Shown in pieces: positions 63,301 to 64,000 of a DNA stretch of 64,000 nt (the stretch's first letter is position 1; each line of letters opens with the position of its first letter). Source of the stretch: Macrostomum lignano (Eukaryota). The notes beneath the pieces are model-generated. The model made no database searches. It was not told the origin of the DNA and was given only the letters and a program-made list of their open reading frames with translations. The stretch covers positions 1 through 64,000 of the forward strand of contig NIVC01003168.1 of NCBI GenBank assembly GCA_002269645.1, in the 5' to 3' direction. A program made the position numbers and the translations under genes.

Positions 63301-63990
63301 GTTGCCAATGACAACCACCTGGCACGCCAGTGCAGATGCGTATTGGGGTTGGCTGGTGGAGCTACTGGGGGTAGGGAAGACCAAGTTTAGGACCAAAGAG
63401 CACAAATCTGATCCCCGAAGCGCTGCGCAGACAATGGCCCTTCCTCTCTATCAATTCTCTCTCTGTGTTTCTACTTCTCTCGCCACCCTTTCTCGCGGGC
63501 GCCTTCCAAATGCCATGGCAACCAGGGGGGGTCTATTGAGTGGCAGCTGACCCAATAAAAGTAATATGGTACCACTGATTCCGTCGTTGCCGGTCCGCCT
63601 GACTTTCATAGCCAATTCTCAATATGCAAAGCGCACTGCCCCCGGCTCCGCCCGTGCGAATTGGGCAAACGGAAAGGCAGGGAGAGACGCAGAATCAAAG
63701 ACCGGAGTCGCCATGGAGCCTGAGCAGCCCAGGGCGGCCGATTGGAGTGGCGCAGGTGGGGGTCTGGCTTTGATTACCGAGTGGGGAATTAGTCCCAGCT
63801 ACAAACTGACTTCTCTGGTTCAATCCGGAGCGCCAGCGGGCCGCAACCAGCGCCCTCCTGTCCGGCTTTTATTCTTTGAAGTGGCGACGGGACAATTTTT
63901 AGAGGCGCCACACAGCAGTGCTGGATAATCAATTGCGGCCGAGGCGCAGGCACCCCCGTTGCCATGGGGTTGCCATGGGGTTGCCATGGT
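63301..63990 (-). promoter_or_regulatory. Cluster of RFX X-box-like motifs upstream of the RP1-like gene
   Basis: GTTGCCAATGACAAC (63301), AATGCCATGGCAAC (63509) and three tandem GTTGCCATGG (63958-63990). Reference consensus is GTTGCCATGGCAAC. Confidence 0.65.
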
Positions 63991-64000
63991 CGCTTTGCGT

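Overview
Eukaryotic (metazoan) genomic DNA with GT-AG introns, GC-rich exons, AT-rich introns and a very high load of intronic minisatellites. The style suggests a free-living flatworm such as Macrostomum, but that is an inference. Genes reconstructed by hand, with exon phases checked: (1) a 5-exon tubulin-tyrosine-ligase-like gene (+, 8420-10904) with degenerate catalytic motifs, lying directly behind a 2.2-kb solo LTR with a 4-bp TSD; (2) a minus-strand tandem family of five secreted WSC+PAN/apple genes (2 intact, 3 pseudogenes; 11.6-27.0 kb); (3) a Yippee-like gene (-); (4) an ACSF2-like acyl-CoA synthetase (-); (5) a 16-exon RP1-like gene (DCX-DCX-PLAT-PLAT-beta-trefoil-PLAT-PLAT; -, 41431-63041) with RFX X-box motifs upstream and a nested antisense secreted EGF-FN2-FN2 gene in one intron. 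Mobile elements include a tRNA-derived SINE family (4 copies sharing a core, with different tails), a CORE-like SINE, a hAT-type MITE and a Gypsy-like integrase relic. The most striking unexplained signal is a 157-bp inverted repeat at 29428-29888 in which all 12 transition mismatches form G:U wobble pairs on the minus strand only. All very long ORFs in the supplied track that lie over tandem arrays are repeat artefacts. No CRISPR, rRNA or intact tRNA genes were seen.
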